Of a DNA stretch of 64,000 nt, positions 11,549 through 23,300 are shown one piece after another (position 1 is the first letter of the stretch; each line of letters opens with the position of its first letter). The notes below the pieces were generated by a model. It was not told where the DNA came from, did no database searches, and saw only the letters and a list, made by a program, of their open reading frames with translations. This DNA comes from Antedon mediterranea. Lineage: Eukaryota > Animalia > Echinodermata. Position numbers and translations under genes: made by a program. The DNA lies in the NCBI RefSeq assembly GCF_964355755.1, contig NC_092670.1:8918201-8982200 (forward strand). Reading direction: 5' to 3'.

Positions 11549-14015
11549 TAGTCCAGTCAAAAATCACCCTCACCATGGTATAAGAACGTACCCTAATAAA
11601 ATTTCATCCGTAGGTTCTATGTATATAGGTAATAACATTTCTTGATGTTGCGTCTTGCAAAACTTGGGATTTTACGAGAAAATTAGACTTTTATACCCAA
11701 TTTATAACCGCCTCATGTCGTATTATTGTGTACAGCGAATTCGACGAAGCGTGACTAAAATTACGAGACGCCATTAACGCCCGTTGAAAAATGCATTAAC
11801 AAAGCTAAAAACCTACAAAATTAATAGTTTATACAATAATTTAAATATAGTTTACAATAAATTGTATAATAAAATACATAACATATAAAGAAAACCCAAG
11901 TATAATCTCAAATATTTACAGATATGTGTTAAAAAATGTACAAATCAAAATGGCCTTCCATAAAATAAAGTGCGCCCTCACTCGTCATACTTTTATCGGA
12001 CTTGTATGGATGGTTATACAAGGCATTAATATAATATGAAACACGATGCGGTTTGTTAGTTATTGCCTCTGCAAGAGGCAGAATATTATATTTTCACAAA
12101 TATATTTCTAATTTTTATCATGGAAAAAAAGAATTGTATAATATTTAAACACATTACAACCTCCAGTATACCATCGTCATGATGGATTAAGTGTATATTT
12201 ATATATCTGCTGAAGCGTAATGATCTACTAGTTTTGCTGGTTTTATTTTTAGACATTCTTTTTTTTTTCACAGCATTACTTGCGTGGATATCACAATGCA
12301 TTGCATATTTTGAACTATCATTCGCGATTATGATCTTAATTAGAGTAAGAACCAATCATTTAAGGATAATCCATTTCGTGTAGGCCTATACGAAAGATAC
12401 TAGGCCCTACCTCAAGTAGCCCTACTTTCACTTTCCAACAATTATTAAGAGCGTATCAAAGGGGCTGGTTGGCATTCGTCTGAATCAACATTTATCATTT
12501 TTCCCTTTCACCCGCCGATGCCCCCACTGCCAATGGGGAGGAGGAGCCAGTTTGATCCTCTCTGAATCCGTCTGGCCTTCACATCGTACCGATGTGTGAA
12601 GTTTGAGCCAATAAACGTCATTCATGACGATTCTTAAGTTCGAAGTCGTCTTCCAGAATTCAAAGGATTCTAAATTTAAAGTATTTTCCCGTTTTTCCAC
12701 CGTTCACATTTCACGGCCTGAAAGTTCTCGCTTGGGACAAAAAAGTAAAGTCCAGAACAAAAGTTTTATATGCATTTATTTCAAATATTGTTATCCGCCG
12801 AGTCCGACGCATTTTAATGCATTTAAATAAAATTTAAAAAGCTTGGGAGAACACAGTAGTTTAATTTGTTGGCTTATTCAAATGCTTATAAATGACGTTT
12901 TAAACCTAAAAGATGTAGGCTATTTTTCCCAAAAGTGAAGATGAACATTAATTAATTAATTAAATGTAAAAGAATAACACAGTTATCCGTCAGAAGTCTT
13001 CGAACAGAAAGAATCTTCGGTGGCAGGATTACATTTTCTAAAACACGAAATTGTCTCACACATCATACGATATGGATGCCAATAAACAATTCAAAGAAAA
13101 TTAAACAAAACTAACAATCACAAGGATTCTTTGTTGCGGATAACCAATGAGAAAATATTTCAGAGTACTTTATTAATTTAAATCTTTATTATATCGTATA
13201 CGCGAAATGGACTGTCATTTAAAAATGATTCTTACTCAAATTAATATTGACTATAATCGCGAATAAACAAATGCATTGTGATATCCACGCAAGTAATGCT
13301 GTGAAAAAAAGAATGTCCAGAATATAACCAGATAACTAGAAGATCATTACGCTATAGCATATACAATACGGCGCTTCACTTAATCCATCATGATGGTAGA
13401 CTGGAGGTTGTAATGTGTTTAAATATATACAATTCTTTTTTTCCATGATAAAAACTAGAAATATATTTGTGAAAATATAATATTCTGCCTCTTGCAGAGG
13501 CAATAACTAACAAACCGCATCGGGTTTCGTATTATTAATGCCTTGTATAACCATCCATACAAGTCCGATAAAAGTATGACGAGTGAGGGCGCACTTTATT
13601 TTATGGAAGGCCATTTTGATTTGTACATTTTTAAACACATATCTGTAAATATTTGAGATTATACTTGAGTTTTCTTTATATGTTATGTATTTTATTATAC
13701 AATTTATTGTAAACTATATTTAAATTATTGTATAAACTATTAATTTTGTAGGTTTTTAGCTTTGTTAATGCATTTTTCAACGGGCGCAAACGGCGTCTCG
13801 TAATTTCAGTCACGCTTCGTCGCATTCACTGTACACAATAATACGACATGAGGTAGTTATAAATTGGGTATAAAAGTCAAATTTTCTCGTAAAATCCCAA
13901 GTTTTGCAAGACGCAACATCAAGAAATGTTATTACCTATATACATAGAACCTACGGATGAAATTTTATTAGGGTACGTTCTTATACCATGGTGAGGGTGA
14001 TTTTTGACTGGACTA
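11549..14015. mobile_element. Academ-like non-autonomous DNA transposon with ~780-bp TIRs
   Basis: Ends TAGTCCAGTCAAAAATC / GATTTTTGACTGGACTA. 3-bp TSD TAT (11546-11548, 14016-14018). Arms ~11549-12330 and ~13255-14015. Confidence 0.85.
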
Positions 14016-14047
14016 TATCCTTTTATGATTTTCGCCGATGTCGGCGC

Positions 14048-15125
14048 GGGTGTCACGAAAGCTCAGACCACGAAAGCTCAGACCCCCTAAGACCTAAGAT
14101 CACGAAAGCTAAGACCCAACACCTAAGATTACAAATATTTATCTTTCGCACCTGCCTTGTATTTTAACTCCCAACATTTATTCTGAATACCACACCTTAG
14201 AATTGGCACTTTCATGAAAAAGAATCACATAAAAAGTAACAAATACATTTTTAAATTGATGATTTTACAGACGTTTTTCTCGCACACAAAATGACTAGCC
14301 TACAGTACTACAGTAGGCCTACCCCATGTTCAATGTTTTTGTTTCTATGGAACGTCAAAAGAGCAAAAATTATATAGAGGGCTGAAAACTCTGTGGAGTC
14401 CATCTACAGTGTGGATGGAACAATGTAAAATTAAAATTGTAATGATAATAGTATAATCATGTAAGTACGAAGAAATAAATACTGGCAAATAAATTTTAAT
14501 TTAAAAATCATGATAAGTTTTTTTGTTTCGTTTTCTTTCTGTTTTTATGCTTGTACTATTATTGTTGCTCTTTTGGCGCTCCATGGAAACAAAAACATTG
14601 AGCATGGTGGGAGCTCGAGGAGTTACATTACAGTATACAAAGAAACACATATGTAAAATCATCAATTTAAAGGATTTATTTATTTGTTATTATGTGTTTC
14701 TCCTTCTGAAAGTACTTATAAGTCCTAATTTTAAAGTGTGGTGTTCAGGATAAAGTTAGTCAACAAATTTGGAGTCAAAATACAAGAAAGGCAGGTGCGT
14801 AAGAAAAACATCCTCTGAACCAACACAATGGAGTAAATATATACCAACAAACAACCCGTCAAGTTTGTTTGTTGTAAAGAAAAAATATACATTTACTCAA
14901 CGGGCGAAAATAATGTGAGTTTATCTATGTTTTGCGGTAGTATTAAATTATATTTATGGTAATAAATGAAACCTACTGTGTTTAAAATTATGTATGGATT
15001 AACAAGTATTGTTTTTAATCTGTAGTATATCTTAGTATTTGTAATCTTAGGTGTTGGGTCTTAGCTTAGGTGATCTTAGGTCTTAGGGGGTCTGAGCTTT
15101 CGTGGTCTGAGCTTTCGTGACACCC
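14048..15125. mobile_element. Complete Mutator-type MITE
   Basis: ~90-bp TIR GGGTGTCACGAAAGCTCAGACCACGAAAGCTCAGACCCC. 10-bp TSD ATGTCGGCGC (14038-14047, 15126-15135). Confidence 0.92.
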
Positions 15126-16631
15126 ATGTCGGCGCATTATTATTTTTTTTTTTAACAGAGCCGGTGCTTTCTTCGTTATAAGCAAACACCGAATAAAGCA
15201 CGTAGTTGATGCCATATAGCTATCTAGATCCGCAACTCATGTTACGTCTCCCGATCGCGTGCAAGAACTCGTTCCGACCTCGAATCATTGCCCTCAGTCT
15301 TCTTACATTGAGCGAACTAGTTTACCATAAAACTCGCCCTTCTTCTAGTATACTCGTTCAGAATTACCGAGTTATACTGTGACTGAACTAAATTTACCGT
15401 TGGAATCTTTCGATTGAATTAGTCACCAATGAATACAGTAGACACATTTAGAAAGAACACACAGAACAATATCACAATGTAAGCTAATAATAAATTCTTT
15501 ATAATCTCAAATAAATGTCCACTTCATTGATTCCTAAAACAACTACAACCCAACAGTAAATAACTGCGTAATAATAGAATTCTGAGCATTGCCAGAGCGT
15601 ACCGGCGTGCGTATAACTAAAACTCACATCCACATCCTAAAAATAGTATTCTAAAAATAGGATGTTTCCGTAAAGTAAATAGCCAATCAGAACTATTAGT
15701 ACATAGAATTCTTTCATTGCTCAACCAATCAGAGTACGCACGTAACCGCGTCATCATCGCTTGCATTTTCATTCCCTGGATAGTGCACAGCTCGCGCTGC
15801 ACGACCCTCTCAGGTAGCGACTATGCGAATGCAATGATATGATTGGTTGCTGTAGCCTAGCCAATCGTATGATGTCCAAGAACTGCGCGGCAGTTTGTTC
15901 GAATGGAATAAGACCTGGATGAGATCTGAAACAATATCGAAAAACTATCGCCCAAGACTCGGAGGATCTAGGCCTAATACAATTGACCAGTATACCTTAA
16001 ATACATTTTCAACCATCTTCCCTCTAATGAAATTTTTTTTTTTTTCAAAAAAGGCAAAGGTTTAATTTATTTTTGCGGTTCATGATAAACTAATAAAATA
16101 AATAAATAAATTCTTCCAACACTGCCGACTTCCAGTGAAGGAACGACGTAAACAACTGGCCCACTAATATGATAACTAATACTTCCTAGCCTAACCTAAT
16201 CGTATATTTTCCGAAATCGGACATGAAACACGGGCCATGTCGTTTCGTTCTGGAATCACGAGTCCAGCGGGTTAACATACAAAACCCATTCACGTCACGA
16301 GCGTGAACATTCATGTCACGAGCATGAAATTCATGTCACGAGCATGAATAATAATATTCTTATACTACAGTTTCATCTAGTATAGGCCAATCGTTCATTC
16401 GTCGAATATTAAATATAAAAAATAAAAATAATAAATCCTAATCTACTATTCATCCCCAACTCTCGGAGAGAACATGAACTTATAAGAAACATTCACGTTC
16501 TTATCCTCGAGACGGTGATGAATTGGCGAGGGCCGATACATTGAATGTAAATAAATAAACAACGCACGTCCAGATTCGCGTATTTTCGGCGTCATATTTC
16601 GCCAGAAAAATATCGCGTTTCATTTTAATTA

Positions 16632-16644
16632 ATCCTCGTCGCCA
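16632..16644 (-). promoter_or_regulatory. Primer-binding site, tRNA-Ser(GCT)-type
   Basis: Minus strand TGGCGACGAGGAT, 1 nt after the 5' LTR, complementary to the 3' end of metazoan tRNA-Ser(GCT) (ATCCTCGTCG-CCA). Confidence 0.8.
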
Positions 16645-16645
16645 A

Positions 16646-17303
16646 TAAAGAGATTGCTAGTCTCTTGGTTTAGTTCCTTAACTACGATAAAAGACTACAA
16701 CGTAAAATACTCACCATTATAATAGTCTTTGTATGATAATAATGAGTGAGTAGTAATAATATAGGTTTAGTTTCCGTCGTCGACTTCTCAAGTGTCCCTA
16801 AAGCCCGGCGCACACTAGAGCTTTCGGCTGAGCCAACTGGCACGAGTAACACTTGGCTCACTAAAAAATTTGCCGCAAACTATGTTCGCGTTCTATCGGA
16901 CGCACACTAAACGCCTTGAGTACGCGATTTTCTGATTGGATAATTACTTACTACGCTATACAGCACGCGCTGAAATATCATAATAAATCAGAACATGTCA
17001 TGCGCAGTGGAATTTTTTAGTGAGCAGGAAGCTCACGTTCGGCGCACACTTGAGGAAAATGGCACGCGTGCCAAAAAATATTAAACACGATAGATATTTT
17101 CCTCAGCGGCACGCGTGGCCGATTCCTCACGAAATCCCCGGCGCACACTGTGAGGCAAGTGTTACTCGTGGCAGTTGGCTCAGCCGGAAGCTCTAGTGTG
17201 CGCCGGGCTTAACGTACTTGACGTTCCAAGATACACACGGCGGAGCGCGTCCAGGTGTTTAGAGCGACGCGCTCCGCTTAAGCATCTGTGTAGCGGCACT
17301 ACA
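16646..17303 (-). repeat. 5' LTR (interrupted by MITE)
   Basis: Matches 8783-9029 and is adjacent to the PBS. Confidence 0.93.
16802..17209. mobile_element. PIF/Harbinger-type MITE (408 bp)
   Basis: TIR AGCCCGGCGCACACTAGAGCTT..., TAA TSD (16799-16801, 17210-17212). The empty site gtccctaacgtac is seen in the other LTR. Confidence 0.92.
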
Positions 17304-17331
17304 CTTAATTCGTATGTTTGAAACAGCTGTG

Positions 17332-17859
17332 GGGGGGGGGGGGGGAGCTCGAGGAGTTACATTACAGTATACAAAGAAACACATCTGTAAAATCATCAAT
17401 TTAAAGGATTTATTTATTTGTTATTATGTGTTTCTCCTTCTGAAAGTACTTATAAGTCCTAATTTTAATGTGTGGTGTTCAGGATAAAGTTAGTCAACAA
17501 ATTTGGAGTCAAAATACAAGAAAGGCAGGTGCGTAAGAAAAACATCCTCTGAACCAACACAATGGAGTAAATATATACCAACAAACAACCCGTCAAGTTT
17601 GTTTGTTGTAAAGAAAAAATATACATTTACTCAACGGGCGAAAATAATGTGAGTTTATCTATGTTTTGCGGTAGTATTAAATTATATTTATGGTAATAAA
17701 TGAAACCTACTGTGTTTAAAATTATGTATGGATAAACAAGTATTGTTTTTAAGCTGTAGTATATCTTAGTATTTGTAATCTTAGGTGTTGGGTCTTAGCT
17801 TTCGTGATCTTAGGTCTTAGGGGGTCTGAGCTTTCGTGGTCTGAGCTTTCGTGACACCC
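17332..17859 (+). mobile_element. Right half of Mutator-type MITE, TIR abutting and truncating the MULE transposase
   Basis: Matches ~14610-15125, is preceded by a G-run and ends GTGACACCC at 17859. Confidence 0.88.
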
Positions 17860-20377
17860 GGAAACGAGCGGTTATACATTCTCGTTTGATGCAGTAGAAC
17901 TTCCTGGTAAGTTTGGTAGAAACAAGTTTGTTCCCCTTGTTATTTGGATCCGGATATAGCCACTTCTCATCATGGTAAATTGCAATATTATAAGGGATGA
18001 TTTCTTGTCTCCGTGGGAATTCCGTGTGACATTGTCTGCATTCAATGGCTCTAGATTCCTTCATAATAAAACAGACCACAAGAGAATTGTTGTTGTGGTG
18101 AATATCAGTGTAAGGGCGTGTAGTGGCAGTAGTTGTAGCTCTGGGACGATTACGCCATTTGTTCTTGTGTGTTCCTCCTTTTTTACCGCTTGTTTCCGTG
18201 ACCTTTTCGACCAATGCACATTTTGAGACCAGATGCTTTTGTTTGAGGTGATGTAGATGTGACTTTAAAATGCCGTTAATTTCGGCAACACAAATGGAGT
18301 GTTTGCACAAACCATTGTATTTATAACAAGGGCAGGTACAGTTCGCATGATCGGAGTAAACTACACACTCATACATACCGCTCTTGCAACTTTTAGAAGC
18401 GACTAAATATTTTGTCGGACCGTTCGTCAAAGAGGGCATTTTCTGCACGCCGTTTTTGCTGTTGAGAATTTTGGTAGCTTCATCAATGATCGTTTTGATC
18501 AGACCATCAGAGTGACCTGTTATGCTTAACAGAATGGTTAAGTCCTCTGAGAATGTCTTGTATTCATAAAGATCTTTCTGGTTTTGCCCAGTTACAATTA
18601 TGGTTTTCTTTTTGATGGCATCTTGAATTGTCAGCTTGTTGAACTTATCAATATATTGCTGCCTTTCCTCCTTCTCCCATTCAAACCAATCATCAGGCTC
18701 AACTGCGAGGTAGCTTGCTATCTCTGCCAGTTTATATTCGTCACTTAGCCCACAGATTGCCAAACCCAGCTCAATTTGTTGTTGGCGGTCTACTTCCTCC
18801 CAAACATCTCTTACGAATTCCAACTTAGTCATGTTGGTTTTGTTTTTTTCTTTCTTTACAACAGCTTCCTTTTGGCGAGTTAATTTGTTGTTTATGCTCT
18901 CCGATTGGTTGGAGTAGCATCTTTTTGTTTTTCCTGTGTTGTCTGTTGGCATTCCCGCCTTCCGCCTCGCCGATTCTACCATACTGGTTGCCATCATCGT
19001 TTCGTGGGCAGCAAGGTAGGCCCAGAATTGTGGTGATCTGCATCCAGTAACCAATGTTTCATGGTTATCTATTACTTTTTTCGAAGCTGTAAGGCGACTT
19101 TTCAAATCATCACTGTCACTTGCATCTAATATTCCTTCATGTTTACCATCTCCGAAAACCGAATCAATGATTGGTTTCTGTGACTTCTTTTGCACCCCTA
19201 ATCTCTTTAGCTTTTCCACGCAATTTATGCGAAAGTGTCTGAAACACCTTAACCCGGTTGCCCTTTTCATTGATTCTTCTATTGCACCATGTAACGCTGT
19301 TTCTCCATCTGTGATGAATCCCAACCCATCTTCAAGACCAGGACAGTTTCCATTGACAGCAGATGCTATTTTTCTGTATGTTGCTCTGTCCTTACTGCTA
19401 TGAATAGCAGTTGGGCCTAGAAAAACTGGTGCTTCTCCGGTTCTCTTTGTTACCAACATAAGATGTTTATATGTATATGGCGTTACCTCGTATTTTCCGA
19501 AACTGTATGTTGGATCAACACTGAAAGGATGACTAAGCCCTTCTGTTCGGGAAGTACAGAAACGCGAAAGGTCTTGGCACATATGTGGCTTACCCAAAAC
19601 CCAAAGATCCTCTGGAACATCATGGTGTTCTAAAACTATCGGCTCTTCTTTATGCTTTGAGTATAATAGGAGGTCATCCACACTGTCATAATTTAATGAT
19701 TTATTCTTTATATCGTGGAGTTGTTTTCGTGATCTTGGTAGTTGACCTGGATTTCGAGAATTGTGTAAACCTCCAAAGTCGTCAAACACTTTCTTAAATG
19801 CAACTGACACAGACTTAGTGGATACTTCCTTCTTCAAAGCTTCCATTGTGCTTTTTTGGGTTGGATAGTAGGGTGTTCTACCATGCTTCCTATTTCCATG
19901 AGGTTCGACAGTAAACTCTACTGGATCGTCGTTGTTATTACATGTATTGTACTGTAATAAACAGGTTTTGTTCACTATATCATTACTTCCTTTAGTTAAA
20001 AAGAAAATGGAGCGACACAAGCCATGGCAATTTTTCTTAGAGTTCACATGAAGATGATATTCGCTTTCATTTTGAAGCTCTACTTTCTTTTTTTCAAGAA
20101 TATGTATTTTCTCTCCAGTGATGCTTATTGTCCATATACATAAACGGAGCACATTGCGATATATACCATTCATGTCATTTTTTATGTCCTCCCAGTTCTT
20201 GTATCTCGATACATCAATTAAGAAACTCATGTTTCTTCTTACTCTGAGTGGTGTCTTTGTACATTTATTATGCTTGTTATGTCGTAGTATTGTAACTGCC
20301 TCAGTCACAGTGTATCGTTGACGCCTAAATCGTTCAAATATTGGTAATTCATCATCGTTCTTATACGACATCACATC
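17810..20377 (-). CDS. MULE (Mutator) transposase exon with SWIM zinc finger
   Basis: SVDPTYSFGKYEVT, FLGPTAIHSSK, FITDGETAL, LRCFRHF (CxxH), SNQSESINNKL, SWIM CTCPCYKYNGLCKH. The last ~16 codons read into the MITE TIR. Confidence 0.9.
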   Translation of the reverse strand, partial: DVMSYKNDDELPIFERFRRQRYTVTEAVTILRHNKHNKCTKTPLRVRRNMSFLIDVSRYKNWEDIKNDMNGIYRNVLRLCIWTISITGEKIHILEKKKVELQNESEYHLHVNSKKNCHGLCRSIFFLTKGSNDIVNKTCLLQYNTCNNNDDPVEFTVEPHGNRKHGRTPYYPTQKSTMEALKKEVSTKSVSVAFKKVFDDFGGLHNSRNPGQLPRSRKQLHDIKNKSLNYDSVDDLLLYSKHKEEPIVLEHHDVPEDLWVLGKPHMCQDLSRFCTSRTEGLSHPFSVDPTYSFGKYEVTPYTYKHLMLVTKRTGEAPVFLGPTAIHSSKDRATYRKIASAVNGNCPGLEDGLGFITDGETALHGAIEESMKRATGLRCFRHFRINCVEKLKRLGVQKKSQKPIIDSVFGDGKHEGILDASDSDDLKSRLTASKKVIDNHETLVTGCRSPQFWAYLAAHETMMATSMVESARRKAGMPTDNTGKTKRCYSNQSESINNKLTRQKEAVVKKEKNKTNMTKLEFVRDVWEEVDRQQQIELGLAICGLSDEYKLAEIASYLAVEPDDWFEWEKEERQQYIDKFNKLTIQDAIKKKTIIVTGQNQKDLYEYKTFSEDLTILLSITGHSDGLIKTIIDEATKILNSKNGVQKMPSLTNGPTKYLVASKSCKSGMYECVVYSDHANCTCPCYKYNGLCKHSICVAEINGILKSHLHHLKQKHLVSKCALVEKVTETSGKKGGTHKNKWRNRPRATTTATTRPYTDIHHNNNSLVVCFIMKESRAIECRQCHTEFPRRQEIIPYNIAIYHDEKWLYPDPNNKGNKLVSTKLTRKFYCIKRECITARFRVSRKLRPRKLRPPKT

Positions 20378-23300
20378 CTACAAATAATAAATAAACAGTA
20401 TTATTGTAAGATAATATATAAATTATTTATTTTAAGGCTATACCTATTACACTGCCCTTTGTTTTCAAACGGGGGAGTCGGATAAAGGAAACAAATGCGG
20501 CAGTAAAAAAAATCGTAACGTGTATAGAGCTAAATTTCCTGTTGAATTTAAAGATACTCATTAAGGACCTCATTGGAAACAAGTCCGTAGAGAACTTTTA
20601 TGAGTTATCCTTGGCATCCTTTCTTGTTTTATTCATGGTTTTTTAAATTTGCTATTTTAATTGTTTGTCTGTGATTTTTTTATGTACTGATGCCGAAATA
20701 AATCAAATCAAATCATACTGTATGCCTACTTTTGCTATTTATTGCATACGGTAATCAATTGGTCAATGACAGATTGTAGTTTAGAACTACAGCCAATATT
20801 TAAGGGGTTGTTTGTAATTCCTTGTTATGGCGGTGGAACAAGTGGCTTATATCAGAACTTGTGAATGAATCATATTCACATGAAAATTTAAAAATATCTT
20901 ATAGCTAAAATAGGAAATAAATAAGTAAAATATATATTTTGGACAGTCATCATTCACCTTTTCACCGTATACATCGGATTTAACTTTCGGTACAGGTAAT
21001 TCCATTTCAGTTGTTGTTTTATGACCAGAAATATTTGGTCCTGTAGGCCTACTCGTAACATGTATATTTTTTGAAATAGAAGTAGCGTCATTTGCCTAAA
21101 AAATATAAATTCATTCATGTAAGCTTTATTCCAATCAAACATGTATACTGTAATAATAATTATAAGAAACAAAATTACATTTATTTACAATCGCTTTTTG
21201 CCAGTTCAATGGCAATAACTGTCGATTTGTCTAACTCATGCTTTCTATAACAGGCATGAATTACTTCCAATATTGATTTCACACAGTGTTTATAATTATA
21301 AATAATCATTTTAGTACAGTAATATAGTATACCGTACCTTAGTGTCATATACGTCATCGTCCGAGATTACAATCGTAAAGTCATCATCAGATGAATTAAT
21401 ACCACCTTGTAGGCCTGTACAGCTTGTAAAAGGCGTAGTGTAAGTCAGATTCTATAAAAACAAGAAAAGTTGTCTACATGTCAATTACTGTGTTATACTA
21501 CGATCTATTATTAGAATTGTTATTGTCAAATCAATGACACAGTTGATAACTGGCTTTAAAAATTTACTCATCTCAACTTCACTCGTTGTAGGCGTACCAT
21601 TATAATTACATTTAATTTTGAAAAAGGGAGATGACGACAACATTGTTAATAGGCCTATATATAATGTAATCATACCGTACCTTTTTGTCACAATCAACGT
21701 CATCGTCCATTATCGTAAAGTCATCATCAAATGAACTGATACCACTCATTAGGCCTGTACAGCTTGTAGTAGGCGTAGTATAGTTCGGACACTATAACGG
21801 ACAAAACAAATTCAACACTATGAGTAGGTCTGTATGCAGCTTGTCTAGTTTCAAAAAGGTCATTGTTTTAAATATGACTGTAATATGTATTGTTTATTCC
21901 ACTACGTTACGAATGTAACCGTTCTAACTGAATCTGTAGGTCAGATTATAAAGAATAGATAACGACACAATTTTTAATAAATAAATAAATTATGTAATAA
22001 TACTGTACCTTATTGTCACATTCAACGTCATCATCCGATATTACAATCGTAAAGTCATCATTGAAAATGCCACTCTGTAGGCCTGTACAGCTTGTAGTAT
22101 TCGTAGTGTATACCGGACACTGTAACGAACAAACAGTGCAATTATTCTTCAACAAACTATTGTTAATTATCTTTTACGAGGGTACCATTCTAACTAAATT
22201 CGTAGGCCAGATTATAATAAAGACTCTCTATTGAAATTTAGAGGAAATGAAACAATTTTTATTTAATGTAATCATACCGTACCTTTTTGTCACAATCAAT
22301 GTCATCGTCCGAGATTATCGTAAAGTCATCATCAAATGAACTGATACCACTCTGTAGGCCGGAAAAGCTTGTAGTAGGCGTAGTATAGTTCTGACACTAT
22401 AACGGACAAAACAGACGTTCAATGTAATATTAAATTGTTTTAAAATTTAAAAAAAAATTTTATTATAGTGAACTCAGCAGTTTAATTAACTTTCGGTAAT
22501 AAAGGTAGGGTAAATTTTCAGAAGTATGTAACAGAGTCAGGTCTAATGCCCGCTCCCAAAACTTGTATTTGTAATTTATTACCTATAGTCCTAATTTGGC
22601 TTTTAAAGTCTAAGTGATTTTTCCGCCCGTCTAGATTATACTATACAACATTTTTAATGACAGTATAAACAAAAAACACAGGCTAATTTAGATTTTTTAA
22701 GCTGTCACTGCTGTGCCGTTTTAAAAAGACTCTTCCTTCTATTCCACCCTTATGGATCACTTTATTTTAAAAACATAAATCTACAAATGATTGTCATTTA
22801 TCATGAGGTTTTGAAGTGAAAAGGAAGAACTTGAACTTGAGAGTAGACCTGTAACAGACAGTGTATGGCCGTGATGCTCATCGACTTCTTAACCTTTCTC
22901 TTATTATAAATGCCTATACACGTTAACGAATCTGGGGGGAAATGTATACCTTGCTCTCTGAGAGTACACTTGTAGGCATCTCATTTGTTGTTTCTTCACT
23001 GGATGAATCACTGGGGTCACTAATATAGACACTCGCAGAAGAACTTGGCATCTGTAAGTTATTTATGAAAATAGATAACTGTAACAGCACCATGAATCAT
23101 TGCACATTCACGAACCATAGCTATTTTATCTACTGCTTCCATAGCCTAATTAGAAAATAAATACTCATCATTGATTTCTTTTAAAGGTTTAACATGGATG
23201 ACATAATATTAATATAATTATACCTCTGAATGCATAGTTTTGACATGTTTATACTTAGGAGAACTGGATATGGACGGGCTCTGAAGAAACGAATGTCTGG

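Larger units (their letters stand above)
8783..17303 (-). mobile_element. Non-autonomous Gypsy-type LTR retrotransposon
   Basis: 247-bp LTRs at 8783-9029 and 16646-17303 (the latter with a MITE insertion), TG...TA ends, 4-bp TSD CTTA (8779-8782, 17304-17307), PBS, PPT, gag relic, no pol. Confidence 0.9.
3568..17331 (+). mobile_element. Degenerate Chapaev/RAG1-N-like DNA transposon (native length ~5.2 kb, right TIR interrupted by the LTR element)
   Basis: Left end cagctgtttcaa...aagtcaagcgccctcaa. The right end, rebuilt across the LTR insertion, is ttgagggcgcatgacttaattcgtatgtttgaaacagctgtg (5'-CAC terminus). Transposase relics lie inside. Confidence 0.7.
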
